Shown here: in pieces, positions 1 through 8,888 of the stretch | How the letters are laid out: every line of letters starts with the position of its first letter | Position numbering within the stretch: the stretch's first letter is position 1 | Assembly: GCA_904501775.1 (NCBI GenBank) | Contig: CAJGCJ010000001.1 | Span: forward strand, 1 to 55,441 | DNA: 55,441 nt | Origin: an uncultured Bacteroidaceae bacterium | GTDB lineage: Bacteria > Bacteroidota > Bacteroidia > Bacteroidales > Bacteroidaceae | Direction: 5' to 3' | The notes under the pieces: generated by a model | Told to the model about the DNA's origin: nothing | Database searches by the model: none | The model's input: only the letters and a program-made list of their open reading frames with translations | Translations under genes and position numbers: made by a program

Positions 1-1
1 A

Positions 2-238
2 ACAAGCATTGGAGATCAGGCGTTCCAATTTTGCAACGGACTTACAAGCATTGCAATAGGCAACAGCGTAACAAGCATTGGAAATTTTGCGTTCAGTGAA
101 TGCACCGGACTTACAAGCATTGAAATCCCCAACAGCATAACAAGCATTGGAGATTGGGCGTTCAGTTTTTGCCACGGACTTACAAGCATTGTAATAGGCA
201 ATAGCATAACAAGCATTGGAGATTATGCGTTCTATGGC
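2..238 (+). repeat. In-frame 69-bp tandem coding repeats (23-aa LRR units), at least 3 copies
   Basis: The motif acaagcatt recurs at 2, 44, 71, 113, 140, 182 and 209. The alternating 42/27 spacing gives a 69-bp period. Confidence 0.85.
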
Positions 239-553
239 TCCAATAATATCTTTGAAATAAAGATTGGTTTAAAGGAGGCAATTTCTGCAAGTGAAACTAT
301 ATTCAGCGAAACAGCCTATAATAATGCTTGTTTGTATGTACCTGTTGGTAGTAAGGATTCTTACGCCAAGACATCGCCTTGGAGCTATTTTGATATCAAG
401 GAGATGGACTTTACCGGTATTGAGAATGTGTTTGACGATATAAAAGGCGAGAATGGAAATACAAAAACTATTTACAACCTCAATGGCGGCGCAGTTGAAA
501 ATCCCACAAACGGCATTTACATCATCAATGGCAAAAAGGTGCTTGTAAAGTAA
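2..553 (+). CDS. BspA-type leucine-rich-repeat surface protein, C-terminal part (5' end lies outside the window), with a T9SS-type C-terminal sorting tail
   Basis: Frame 2 is open from the window edge. Translation gives repeated TSIxIxNSxTSIGxxAFxxCxGL units (LRR_5/BspA type). The tail IYNLNGGAVENPTNGIYIINGKKVLVK resembles a Por/T9SS CTD. Stop TAA at 551-553. Confidence 0.8.
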   Translation, partial: TSIGDQAFQFCNGLTSIAIGNSVTSIGNFAFSECTGLTSIEIPNSITSIGDWAFSFCHGLTSIVIGNSITSIGDYAFYGSNNIFEIKIGLKEAISASETIFSETAYNNACLYVPVGSKDSYAKTSPWSYFDIKEMDFTGIENVFDDIKGENGNTKTIYNLNGGAVENPTNGIYIINGKKVLVK

Positions 554-570
554 TTGATATATATTTCATA

Positions 571-610
571 ATATTGTTCCCCACGCAAAGCGCAGGGAAC
601 AATATTTTTT
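571..610 (+). terminator. Rho-independent terminator downstream of the LRR gene
   Basis: 11-bp perfect stem atattgttccc / gggaacaatat (571-581 / 595-605) followed by a T run to 610. Confidence 0.75.
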
Positions 611-801
611 GAAACAAGCATCATTTGAAATAAAAGGCGAGAAACGATTCAACAAAGAGGGCGTTGTAGAGTTCTACACATGCCTTCATCATCAAAGGCC
701 TATCCGTTAACACCGGAGAAGAAAGCAGAATTTTACAGAACCATGTTGACTGATGAAAGAATCCTATAATCTATTGTCAAATAGAAAATCTGTTTCATAT
801 A

Positions 802-839
802 TACAACAATCGGGCAACTAAGGTTGCCCGATTGTTGTA
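802..839 (-). terminator. Stem-loop immediately 3' of tRNA-Arg (possible terminator or processing hairpin)
   Basis: 17-bp perfect inverted repeat tacaacaatcgggcaac / gttgcccgattgttgta with a 4-nt loop. On the minus strand it abuts the tRNA 3' end. There is no clean U tract (UAUAUAU follows). Confidence 0.5.
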
Positions 840-909
840 CTCCCGACGAGAATCGAACTCGTATCTTAGCTTTAGGAGAGCCACATTCTATCCATTGAAC
901 TACGAGAGC
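838..909 (-). tRNA. tRNA-Arg (anticodon CCT)
   Basis: The reverse complement folds by hand into a 72-nt cloverleaf: acceptor GCUCUCG/CGGGAGU, D arm GUUC..GAAU, anticodon stem UGGCU/AGCUA with loop CU-CCU-AA, T arm ACGAG-UUCGAUU-CUCGU, discriminator A. No CCA is encoded. Confidence 0.9.
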
Positions 910-946
910 AGAAACTCAAAATCTACCGATAATTGAGATTTTCGAC

Positions 947-956
947 TGCGAAGATA
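947..956 (-). promoter_or_regulatory. Putative Bacteroidetes -7 promoter box (TATCTTCGCA) for tRNA-Arg
   Basis: The minus strand reads TATCTTCGCA about 38 nt upstream of the tRNA 5' end. The same decamer family recurs upstream of many genes in this window. Confidence 0.4.
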
Positions 957-1150
957 GCACATCTTTTACAAAAATACGAAACTTATTTTCACTATTTTTC
1001 GAAAGTGCAATACGAAACAGGTCTCATTTGCCTATTGCAGACATTGTAATTCTGACAAACAGTTCTATTTATCGCAAAGGACAACCACCGGCAACTGTTA
1101 TAAACACTTAAAACTTAAGCCACAAACAAGATATTACCACACAAAATAGT

Positions 1151-1160
1151 TATCTTCGCA
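1151..1160 (+). promoter_or_regulatory. Putative -7 promoter box TATCTTCGCA
   Basis: Lies 16 nt upstream of the ATG at 1176 and matches the recurring TAnnTT(C/T)G motif. Confidence 0.45.
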
Positions 1161-1175
1161 ACAAAACAAAAAGAG

Positions 1176-2003
1176 ATGAAACGTATATTAGCGATACTAT
1201 CCATAATATGTTGTGCCACAGGCATATTGGCACAGGAGTATGATCGGTTGTTTGCACAAGGTGCACAAAATATCGAAGACAAGCACTACACACAGGCCAT
1301 CGGCTGTTTCCAAAAAGCAATTGCCCTTGAACCCGAGAATAGTATGAACGAGTATGCCTACAGCAACATGGCTTTTGCACAATGGGTTACAGGCAACAGC
1401 GCAGATGCAATAAAGTCGTATACACAGGCTCTTGAGATAAACCCCAATTCGATATCCATACTGCAACAACGCGCCCGAGTGTTCATTGAGAGCGACAACA
1501 ACGACGGCGCTTTGGCCGACTACAACAGGATTCTACAAATTGAGCCACGCAACGCTCACGCACTCTTCATGAGAGCATACATCTATGGTGCAAAAGAGGA
1601 GTACCAGAAAGCCTACAGCGACTACAATACACTGCTTTCGGTTGAGCCACGCAACAACAAGGCACGGCTCTCACTGGCTCTCTTATACCACAAGGCAAAG
1701 AGAGTCAATGACGCGCTTATGCTCGTTGGACTGCTGATAGACGACGAGCCCGAAAACGGCGAATATTACTATGCACGATGCAACATTGAAATGAGCGAAG
1801 GCCAGACATCGCTCGCACTCATGGACATAGAAAAAGCCATTGAACTTGCACCCGAAAATACGACATATTTAGTAACTGCAGCACAGTTGATGCTCGCCGA
1901 AGGAAAGAGACAGCAGGCACGTGCGCTACTCGACAAAGCTATCGGTTTAGGACACGACAGAAACGAGATTTCTGACATTTATCGCCGCTGCACAGCCAAA
2001 TAA
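1176..2003 (+). CDS. Tetratricopeptide-repeat protein with N-terminal signal peptide
   Basis: N-terminus MKRILAILSIICCATGILAQ. Multiple 34-aa TPR-like units (A..Y..AL.I.P.N pattern, EPRN repeated). Confidence 0.8.
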   Translation: MKRILAILSIICCATGILAQEYDRLFAQGAQNIEDKHYTQAIGCFQKAIALEPENSMNEYAYSNMAFAQWVTGNSADAIKSYTQALEINPNSISILQQRARVFIESDNNDGALADYNRILQIEPRNAHALFMRAYIYGAKEEYQKAYSDYNTLLSVEPRNNKARLSLALLYHKAKRVNDALMLVGLLIDDEPENGEYYYARCNIEMSEGQTSLALMDIEKAIELAPENTTYLVTAAQLMLAEGKRQQARALLDKAIGLGHDRNEISDIYRRCTAK

Positions 2004-2070
2004 AGCAGTTCTACAGCTATAAGAATGTTATTTTTCTCTTAACAAATGCAGATATTGTAAAATATTATCG

Positions 2071-2078
2071 TATATTTG
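2071..2078 (+). promoter_or_regulatory. Putative -7 box TATATTTG
   Basis: Exact TAnnTTTG, 27 nt upstream of the ATG at 2105. Confidence 0.45.
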
Positions 2079-2104
2079 GGCAACATTGGAAAATAACAAA
2101 AAAA

Positions 2105-2539
2105 ATGACTGAAAAAAGTAACAATACCCCTTACAACATAAAGGAGAAAAAAGAGAAAAACGCAGCATACCGTTCGCTCATAAGAGCAGAGTTGGCAGAT
2201 GAATTGTACGATAAGATTCTAAACATAATTGTTGTTGAAAAGAAGTATCGCGACAAGGATATTTCAGCAAAAGGATTGGCTGTTGAGCTTAAGACCAATA
2301 CCAGATATATCTCGGCGGTTATAAACTCAAGATTCAACACCAACTTCTCGTGCCTTGTTAACGAGTATCGTATCAAAGAGGCACTTCACCGCATGAAAGA
2401 CAAGAGATATGCCAACATGACAATCGAAGAGATTGGCGACTCGGTGGGATTTGCAAACAGACAATCTTTCTACGCTTCGTTCTACCGCATTATGGGAGAG
2501 ACACCAAACAGCTACCGTAAAAGGAACAACGGGAAGTAG
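2105..2539 (+). CDS. Short AraC/XylS-type helix-turn-helix transcriptional regulator (HTH domain only)
   Basis: 144 aa. The C-terminal ~100 aa show an AraC HTH_18-like pattern (ISAKGLAVELKTNTRYISAVIN ... IEEIGDSVGFANRQSFYASFYRIMGETPNSYRK). There is no room for a ligand-binding domain. Confidence 0.75.
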   Translation: MTEKSNNTPYNIKEKKEKNAAYRSLIRAELADELYDKILNIIVVEKKYRDKDISAKGLAVELKTNTRYISAVINSRFNTNFSCLVNEYRIKEALHRMKDKRYANMTIEEIGDSVGFANRQSFYASFYRIMGETPNSYRKRNNGK

Positions 2540-2560
2540 AGATTGCAGCCCAAAGGAACA

Positions 2561-3181
2561 ATGGACATACACAGCACAATACTCGACATAAAAAAGAGTC
2601 TGCGCCTGTCGATGAATGGAGTGGTATCGACGCTGCAGCGCAGGCAGGGACTCGACTACAAAATAAATTTCGGAGTTGAGATACCCAGAATAAAGAGTAT
2701 AGCATCGGAATACGAGCAGAACAGGGAACTCTCTTTGGCACTATGGAGAGAGAACATACGCGAGTGCCGCATACTTGCAATATTCATTATGCCGGCAGAT
2801 GAATTTACAGCCGAAGATGCAAGGAAATGGATTGACACCGTTTCGTACACCGAACTTGCCGACCACCTGTCGATGAATCTGCTATGCAATATCCCCGGTG
2901 CTGCAACACTTGCTACCGAATGCTTGAAAGAGAGCGCAATGCTAAGCCTCTACTGCGGGTACATGACCCTATCGCACCTGCTGCGGAGAGGCGTAACATT
3001 GAGCGAGGATGAAGAGAAGAATTTCTTACAGGCTGCCGACAAGGTGTTGGCTGCCGACAACTGCAGCAGCGTGATACAGAGATGTGCCTACAATGCCGTG
3101 TCAAAATATATCGACAACGACACTGAGCGTAACCACCCCATTGCAATGCACTACGGTAACATAAAACACTTTTTTAGATAA
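2561..3181 (+). CDS. DNA alkylation repair protein (AlkD-like HEAT-repeat family)
   Basis: From memory, it resembles Bacteroidales 'DNA alkylation repair protein' sequences (LRLSMNGVVSTLQRRQGLDYKINFGVEIPRIK...LWRENIRECRILA). The ORF-track start at 2543 is TTG, so I prefer the ATG at 2561. Confidence 0.6.
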   Translation: MDIHSTILDIKKSLRLSMNGVVSTLQRRQGLDYKINFGVEIPRIKSIASEYEQNRELSLALWRENIRECRILAIFIMPADEFTAEDARKWIDTVSYTELADHLSMNLLCNIPGAATLATECLKESAMLSLYCGYMTLSHLLRRGVTLSEDEEKNFLQAADKVLAADNCSSVIQRCAYNAVSKYIDNDTERNHPIAMHYGNIKHFFR

Positions 3182-3230
3182 ATTTCAATAAAAACCTACA
3201 CACTGCATATATTATTTATAAAAAAAGAGA

Positions 3231-3238
3231 TAACTTTG
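3231..3238 (+). promoter_or_regulatory. Putative -7 box TAACTTTG
   Basis: Exact TAnnTTTG, 16 nt upstream of the fur-like ATG at 3254. Confidence 0.45.
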
Positions 3239-3253
3239 TAACAGACAAGCCCG

Positions 3254-3727
3254 ATGGACAGCACTAAGATAGAAGAGACTGTAAAACAGTTGTTTGCCGA
3301 TTACCTTAAAAGCAACAAACTGCGTAACACCCCCGAGCGTAACGCTATTCTAAGTGCAATATACTCCATTGAAGGATGTTTCGACATAGAGACACTGCTT
3401 ACATATCTCGAAGAGAAGAAGAAATTCAGGGTAAGTCGTGCCACTGTGTATAACACAATAGCATTGTTGACAAACGCAAATCTGGTGATACACCACCAGT
3501 TCGGCAGCGAGTCGAAATATGAGAGATGCTATGGTTACGAGAAGAGTTATGCCGTATGCACACAATGCAACAAGGTAACTGAGATAAAGAACATAAAGCT
3601 GAAGGATAATATAAGCAACAGTATAAAGAAATTTCATCTCACACACTACTCGCTCTACGTCTACGGACTATGCGACAAATGTATGCGCACCATAAGACGA
3701 CGCAAGCAGAAGAGTGGCAAACAATAA
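3254..3727 (+). CDS. fur: Fur-family transcriptional repressor
   Basis: 157 aa. Winged-helix N-terminus (RNTPERNAIL..FRVSRATVYNT), HHQF, and two CxxC pairs (CTQC, CDKC) typical of the Fur/PerR structural Zn site. Confidence 0.8.
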   Translation: MDSTKIEETVKQLFADYLKSNKLRNTPERNAILSAIYSIEGCFDIETLLTYLEEKKKFRVSRATVYNTIALLTNANLVIHHQFGSESKYERCYGYEKSYAVCTQCNKVTEIKNIKLKDNISNSIKKFHLTHYSLYVYGLCDKCMRTIRRRKQKSGKQ

Positions 3728-3752
3728 TTCAGGAAGAATAAAAAGATACAAT

Positions 3753-5021
3753 ATGAAAAAGAACATTGACGTACTATTAGGTCTACAATGGGGCGACGAG
3801 GGTAAAGGAAAGATTGTTGACGTACTTACACCCAAATACGATGTTGTGGCACGTTTCCAAGGAGGTCCCAATGCAGGACACACGCTGGAATTCGGTGGCA
3901 AGAAGTTTGTATTGCGTTCCATCCCTTCGGGAATATTTCATGGCAACCAGATAAACATCATAGGAAACGGAGTAGTTCTTGACCCCGCTCTCTTCATGAG
4001 CGAGGCAGTGGAGCTTGAGAAAGCCGGCTACGACCTTAAGAAGAACCTCTACATCTCGAAAAAGGCACACCTTATACTCCCTACAGGACGCATTCTTGAT
4101 GCAGCATACGAGGCTGCCAAAGGCGACGCCAAGGTAGGTACTACAGGAAAAGGTATCGGCCCCACATACACCGACAAGATTAGCCGTAACGGATTGCGCG
4201 TAGGTGACATACTCGAGAACTTCGAAGCAAAATATGCACAGGCCAAGGCACGTCACGAGCAGATACTGAAAGACATGAAATTCAGCTACCAACTCGACGA
4301 AGTTGAGGCAACATGGCTCAAAGGTATAGAATATCTCAAGGAGTTCCGTCTGATAGACAGCGAGCAGATGGTGAACGACCTTATGAACGAGGGCAAGAGC
4401 GTCCTTGGCGAAGGAGCACAAGGCAGTATGCTCGACATCGACTTCGGAAGCTACCCCTTCGTAACATCATCGAACACAGTATGTGCCGGTGCATGTACAG
4501 GCTTAGGAATAGCACCCAACAGAATTGGCAACGTATACGGTATCATCAAGGCCTACTGTACACGTGTCGGTTCGGGCCCCTTCCCCACAGAGTTGTTCGA
4601 CGAGGATGGCAGGGAGATGCGCGACAGAGGTCACGAATATGGTGCTGTAACAGGCCGTGAGCGCCGTTGCGGTTGGATTGACCTTGTAATTCTCAAGTAC
4701 ACCATCATGGTAAACGGTGTCACACACCTTATACTTATGAAGAGTGACGTTCTCGACACATTCCCCACAATCAAGGCATGTGTGGCATACAAGAAGAACG
4801 GCGAGGAGATTAAGCACCTTCCCTATGACATCACAGATGTGGAGCCCGTCTACACCGAACTTAAGGGATGGCAGTGCGACCTCACAAAAATCACAAGAGA
4901 AGAGGACTTGCCACAGGAGTTCATTGACTACATCAAGTTCCTTGAGGAGCAGTTAGGAGTACCTGTAAAATATGTTTCAATAGGTCCCGATCGCGAACAG
5001 ACCATCACTCGCAACATCTGA
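3753..5021 (+). CDS. purA: Adenylosuccinate synthase
   Basis: QWGDEGKGK P-loop, GGPNAGHT, TTGKGIGPTY, GAQGSMLDIDFGSYPFVTSS. The ORF-track start at 3714 is GTG and overlaps fur; the ATG at 3753 gives the canonical N-terminus MKKNIDVLLGLQWGDEGKGK. Confidence 0.95.
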   Translation: MKKNIDVLLGLQWGDEGKGKIVDVLTPKYDVVARFQGGPNAGHTLEFGGKKFVLRSIPSGIFHGNQINIIGNGVVLDPALFMSEAVELEKAGYDLKKNLYISKKAHLILPTGRILDAAYEAAKGDAKVGTTGKGIGPTYTDKISRNGLRVGDILENFEAKYAQAKARHEQILKDMKFSYQLDEVEATWLKGIEYLKEFRLIDSEQMVNDLMNEGKSVLGEGAQGSMLDIDFGSYPFVTSSNTVCAGACTGLGIAPNRIGNVYGIIKAYCTRVGSGPFPTELFDEDGREMRDRGHEYGAVTGRERRCGWIDLVILKYTIMVNGVTHLILMKSDVLDTFPTIKACVAYKKNGEEIKHLPYDITDVEPVYTELKGWQCDLTKITREEDLPQEFIDYIKFLEEQLGVPVKYVSIGPDREQTITRNI

Positions 5022-5051
5022 TAGAGTGCAAGCAACATAACAAAAAAACAA

Positions 5052-5090
5052 ACGTGTCGGGCAACCCTTATGGTTATCGGCACGTTTTAT
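5052..5090 (+). terminator. Rho-independent terminator after purA
   Basis: Imperfect stem acgtgtcgggcaacc / ggttatcggcacgt followed by TTTTAT. Confidence 0.55.
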
Positions 5091-5113
5091 AATAAAAAGC
5101 AATACAATATAAA

Positions 5114-5875
5114 ATGAACATCTTATCAATTTTAGGAACATTTCTGCAAGTATCTTCGGGATATGCCACATACAGCAACGGTTCGGTAGGATACGACTAC
5201 TCGTACCTGATACTGTTTGCAGCAATCGCCATCGTAAGCTACATTGTACAGTGGAACTTGCAGAGCAAATTCAAGAGATTCTCACAGATGCCGCTTGGCA
5301 ACGGAATGACCGGACGCGATGTCGCAATAAAAATGCTGCACGACAATGGCATTTATGATGTAACAGTGACAAGCACTCCCGGACAGCTCACCGACCATTA
5401 TAACCCCACCGACAAGACCATCAACCTTAGCGAGGGCGTATACCGTTCGTCGAGCGTCGCAGCAGCAGCTGTTGCCGCACACGAGTGCGGACATGCCGTT
5501 CAACACGCCATGGCTTATGCACCGTTGACAATGCGCTCGAAGCTGGTACCGGTAGTATCATTCGCATCAAGCTGGATGACATGGATTCTACTCATAGGTA
5601 TTCTTACAGTACAGTCGTTCCCCGGAATATTATTGGCCGGCATTGTACTGTTTGCAATGACAACGCTGTTCAGTTTCGTAACACTTCCTGTTGAGATTGA
5701 CGCAAGCAAGCGTGCGCTGAAATGGCTATCATCGGCAGGCATTACAAACTACAGCAACCACTCGGCCGCAAGCAGCGCCCTGCGTTCGGCAGCATACACC
5801 TATGTAGTAGCAGCGCTCTCTTCATTGGCAACACTTATTTATTACATAATGATTTATTTAGGTCGACGCGACTAA
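5114..5875 (+). CDS. Membrane zinc metallopeptidase (YugP-like, Zn_peptidase_2 family)
   Basis: HECGH (HExxH) motif, flanking TM segments, 253 aa. Confidence 0.8.
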   Translation: MNILSILGTFLQVSSGYATYSNGSVGYDYSYLILFAAIAIVSYIVQWNLQSKFKRFSQMPLGNGMTGRDVAIKMLHDNGIYDVTVTSTPGQLTDHYNPTDKTINLSEGVYRSSSVAAAAVAAHECGHAVQHAMAYAPLTMRSKLVPVVSFASSWMTWILLIGILTVQSFPGILLAGIVLFAMTTLFSFVTLPVEIDASKRALKWLSSAGITNYSNHSAASSALRSAAYTYVVAALSSLATLIYYIMIYLGRRD

Positions 5876-5896
5876 AACAATAAAAAACAGAATAAA

Positions 5897-7261
5897 ATGG
5901 CAGCAAAACCATCGATACCAAAGGGAACACGCGACTTCTCACCCATTGAGATGTCGAAACGAAACTATATATTCAATACAATACGCAACGCATTCCATCT
6001 TTTCGGTTTCCAGCAGATTGAGACACCGGCAATGGAGAACCTGTCGACACTGATGGGTAAATATGGCGAAGAGGGCGACAAACTGTTGTTCAAGATTCAG
6101 AACTCGGGCGACTATTTCAGCAACCTCACCGACGAAGAGCTGTTGAGCCGAAATGCGGCCAAGCTCGCATCCAAATTCTGCGAGAAAGGACTCAGATACG
6201 ACCTTACCGTCCCCTTTGCACGCTATGTAGTGATGCACCGCGATGAATTGACTTTCCCCTTCAAGCGTTACCAGATTCAGCCCGTGTGGCGTGCCGACCG
6301 TCCGCAGAAAGGACGTTACCGCGAGTTCTACCAGTGTGATGCCGATGTAATCGGCAACAACTCACTGATGAACGAGGTGGAGCTCATACAGCTCATTGAC
6401 CATGTATTCGGCAAGCTGAACATCCGTGTAGCCATAAAACTGAACAACCGCAAGATTCTTGCAGGCATTGCCGAGGCTATAGGCGAGCCCGACAAGATTA
6501 TTGACATTACCGTTGCCATCGACAAGCTCGACAAGATAGGACTCGACGGTGTGGTAAACGAGCTCAAACAGAAAGGTATCAAGGACGAGGCTATAGACAA
6601 ACTGTTGCCCATATTGCAGTCACAGGGCGACAACAACGAGAAGCTCGCAACCATAGCAACAGTGCTGCAGGGCAATGCCATTGGCGAGAAGGGTGTTGAA
6701 GAGACAGATTTCATTCTAAAGACCGTAGCTGCAACAGGCATCAAGAGCACAGTAGAACTCGACCTTACACTTGCACGAGGCCTCAACTACTACACAGGAG
6801 CCATACTCGAAGTAAAAGCGCTTGATGTAGCAATAGGCAGCATAAGCGGTGGTGGACGCTACGATAACCTCACAGGTGTATTCGGTCTTGACGGCATGTC
6901 GGGAGTGGGAATATCATTCGGTGCCGACCGTATATACGATGTAATGAACCAGCTGGAGCTTTACCCCCAAGAGTCAATCATAACCACACAGATTATGTTT
7001 GTAAACTTTGGCGAGAAGGAGACACTACACTCATTGCAGCTTATTTCACAGATTCGTACCGAAGGAATATCGGCCGAGCTATACCCCAGTAGCGACAAGA
7101 TGAAAAAGCAGATGGGATATGCCAACAGCCATAATATCCCCTATGTTGCCATCATTGGCGAGAGCGAGATGAACGAGGGTACCATTACAGTAAAGAACAT
7201 GAACAGCGGCGAACAAAAGAGCCTTAACATAAACGAGCTCATTGCACTCCTTAAAGGATAA
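5897..7261 (+). CDS. hisS: Histidine--tRNA ligase
   Basis: Class II motifs: [27 protein letters not shown]-terminal anticodon-binding domain. Confidence 0.95.
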   Translation: MAAKPSIPKGTRDFSPIEMSKRNYIFNTIRNAFHLFGFQQIETPAMENLSTLMGKYGEEGDKLLFKIQNSGDYFSNLTDEELLSRNAAKLASKFCEKGLRYDLTVPFARYVVMHRDELTFPFKRYQIQPVWRADRPQKGRYREFYQCDADVIGNNSLMNEVELIQLIDHVFGKLNIRVAIKLNNRKILAGIAEAIGEPDKIIDITVAIDKLDKIGLDGVVNELKQKGIKDEAIDKLLPILQSQGDNNEKLATIATVLQGNAIGEKGVEETDFILKTVAATGIKSTVELDLTLARGLNYYTGAILEVKALDVAIGSISGGGRYDNLTGVFGLDGMSGVGISFGADRIYDVMNQLELYPQESIITTQIMFVNFGEKETLHSLQLISQIRTEGISAELYPSSDKMKKQMGYANSHNIPYVAIIGESEMNEGTITVKNMNSGEQKSLNINELIALLKG

Positions 7262-7278
7262 GCATAAGCAAGTATCAT

Positions 7279-7324
7279 TATATCAGCCGTAGGTTGGAGC
7301 ATGCTCCAACCCACGGCTGATATA
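7279..7324. terminator. Bidirectional terminator between convergent hisS and a lipoprotein gene
   Basis: 46-nt near-perfect palindrome tatatcagccgt-a-ggttggagc at gctccaacc-c-acggctgatata. Confidence 0.7.
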
Positions 7325-7370
7325 ATAGTATATTAGTTGCCCAATGGAAAGAGAACAATGAATGGTAGAA

Positions 7371-7766
7371 TCAATGCCACACACCGTGGTCGCCATCCAC
7401 TTTCCACGCACCATCGATGAGCAGCAGTTTCACCGTAATGACCATTTTCTGTCCCAACGGACCTATACCGCTTATCACAACCTCGGCATTGTCTTCGTTG
7501 ACAACCTCCCTCTCTATTGTATACGAAGGTATAAACCCTGCGGTTTTATCCTTATACTGCTTGGAGTTCACCGCAATATCAATCGTATTCTCAAAGACCT
7601 CGCGCTGCACCTCATCGGAGATATAGATATTCTCTTTTACAAACAGATTGTCGCCCGATGTTATAGCAGTGAATAGCTGCACTGCAACCTCACCGGGACT
7701 CTTCTGCGGGGGTTGATTACACGAGAACAGAAAAGAGAGCAACAAAAAATATATCACACGTTTCAT
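7371..7766 (-). CDS. Small lipoprotein (DUF4878/NTF2-like)
   Basis: The internal ATG at 7766 gives MKRVIYFLLLSFLFSC (lipobox Cys). The upstream 80 codons of the ORF-track ORF cross the promoter region. The family call is from memory only. Confidence 0.6.
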   Translation of the reverse strand: MKRVIYFLLLSFLFSCNQPPQKSPGEVAVQLFTAITSGDNLFVKENIYISDEVQREVFENTIDIAVNSKQYKDKTAGFIPSYTIEREVVNEDNAEVVISGIGPLGQKMVITVKLLLIDGAWKVDGDHGVWH

Positions 7767-7802
7767 GGATTCCCTTTTTAGTATCAGTATGGTTTTATTC
7801 TG

Positions 7803-7812
7803 TGCGAATATA
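7803..7812 (-). promoter_or_regulatory. Putative -7 box TATATTCGCA
   Basis: Minus-strand TATATTCGCA, 37 nt upstream of the ATG at 7766. This supports the shorter start. Confidence 0.45.
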
Positions 7813-7959
7813 CTAAAAACCCGACGCAGAACATAAACTTTGTCCCAATATTTCGCACAGCATATTGCATCAGACATAGGAGACACCGGGGAACAAGAAT
7901 ATTTGAGATAATTTTCTCTTATTTTTTTTATTAGACCTAACTTATTCACTTGTTTGTTA

Positions 7960-7967
7960 TACCTTTG
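7960..7967 (+). promoter_or_regulatory. Putative -7 box TACCTTTG
   Basis: Exact TAnnTTTG, 28 nt upstream of the ATG at 7995. Confidence 0.45.
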
Positions 7968-7994
7968 CATAAATATAACCAACATATAACAAAT

Positions 7995-8888
7995 ATGAAC
8001 AGACATAACTTTAAATCATGGTTTTTTGCAACCCGTCCATGGTCGTTCCCCGCATCTTCAATGCCTATAGTTACAACACTGGCCTATCTCTTCTGGACAG
8101 GCGAAAGCATTAATTGGGGCATAGGAATATGGACACTTATCAACATCATCGTCTTTCATGCAGCCGGAAACACATGGAGCGACTACTACGATTTCAAGAA
8201 AGGAGTTGACAGAGAAGACACCATAGGCGGAATGTCTATCACAAGTGGAGAGTTCAAGCCTTGCGAAATAAAGAGCCTTGCTATTGCATTGATGACAGTT
8301 GCAGTGGTATCGGGTATCATATTGGTAGCGTGCACCGGACTGCCCACGCTCTATTTTGGAATTGCCGGGGCGCTGCTCACCGTTCTATACCCTTGGCTCA
8401 AATATCACGCCCTTGGCGATGTTGATATTTTCCTCACCTACTCGGTGTTGCCTATCTTAGGTACCACATATGTAGCAACCGGAGAGATTGGCACAAGTGC
8501 CTTGTGGTTGGCTTTGCCTATCGGACTCATCACTGTAGGTATTCTTCATGTAAACAACACACGCGACATTGTACCCGACAAACGCGCAGGAATAAAGACA
8601 TTCGCGATGCTTGCAGGCGAAAAGGTCTCGGCATATCTCTACTGCCTTGAGGTTATAGTGCCATTCATTTGGGTTGCAGGCGGCATTGCAATGGGTAAAT
8701 TCCCGCTATTGTCGCTGCTTATAATCCCCGCACTGAAACCCGCAATGGACAATGTACGCAAGGTGATGGCTTTTCTTAAGAAAGATGCCAAAGAGCTATA
8801 CGGAGTAGATGAAAACACCGCCAAGCTGCAGCTTGCGTTCAGCATGCTGTTGACACTGTCACTCTTTATCGACAAACTGTTCCTATGA
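7995..8888 (+). CDS. menA: 1,4-dihydroxy-2-naphthoate polyprenyltransferase (UbiA family)
   Basis: UbiA Asp-rich motifs NTWSDYYDFKKGVD and NNTRDIVPDKRAG, about 8 TM segments. ATG at 7995 preferred over the track start at 7950. Confidence 0.8.
   Translation: MNRHNFKSWFFATRPWSFPASSMPIVTTLAYLFWTGESINWGIGIWTLINIIVFHAAGNTWSDYYDFKKGVDREDTIGGMSITSGEFKPCEIKSLAIALMTVAVVSGIILVACTGLPTLYFGIAGALLTVLYPWLKYHALGDVDIFLTYSVLPILGTTYVATGEIGTSALWLALPIGLITVGILHVNNTRDIVPDKRAGIKTFAMLAGEKVSAYLYCLEVIVPFIWVAGGIAMGKFPLLSLLIIPALKPAMDNVRKVMAFLKKDAKELYGVDENTAKLQLAFSMLLTLSLFIDKLFL

Noticed and set aside
16-216. 66-aa minus-strand ORF with the repetitive sequence MLVMLLPITMLVSP..., and the question of whether the 69-bp repeats could be a CRISPR array.
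   Set aside because: It is the antisense reading of the LRR coding repeats. The repeats are contiguous with no unique spacers, they are in frame, and they encode a canonical BspA LRR consensus. This is not a CRISPR array.
611-800. Possible pseudogene or small ORF (for example the 29-codon ATG ORF at 680-769, MPSSSKAYPLTPEKKAEFYRTMLTDERIL) between the LRR gene and tRNA-Arg.
   Set aside because: Only a 14-nt identity to the upstream gene supports it. There are stops in all frames and no recognisable domain, which is insufficient to annotate a feature.
838-909. tRNA-Arg as an integration site for a genomic island or prophage.
   Set aside because: There is no integrase, and I saw no direct repeat of the tRNA 3' half elsewhere in the window. 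The neighbouring genes are ordinary (a TPR gene and an LRR surface protein).
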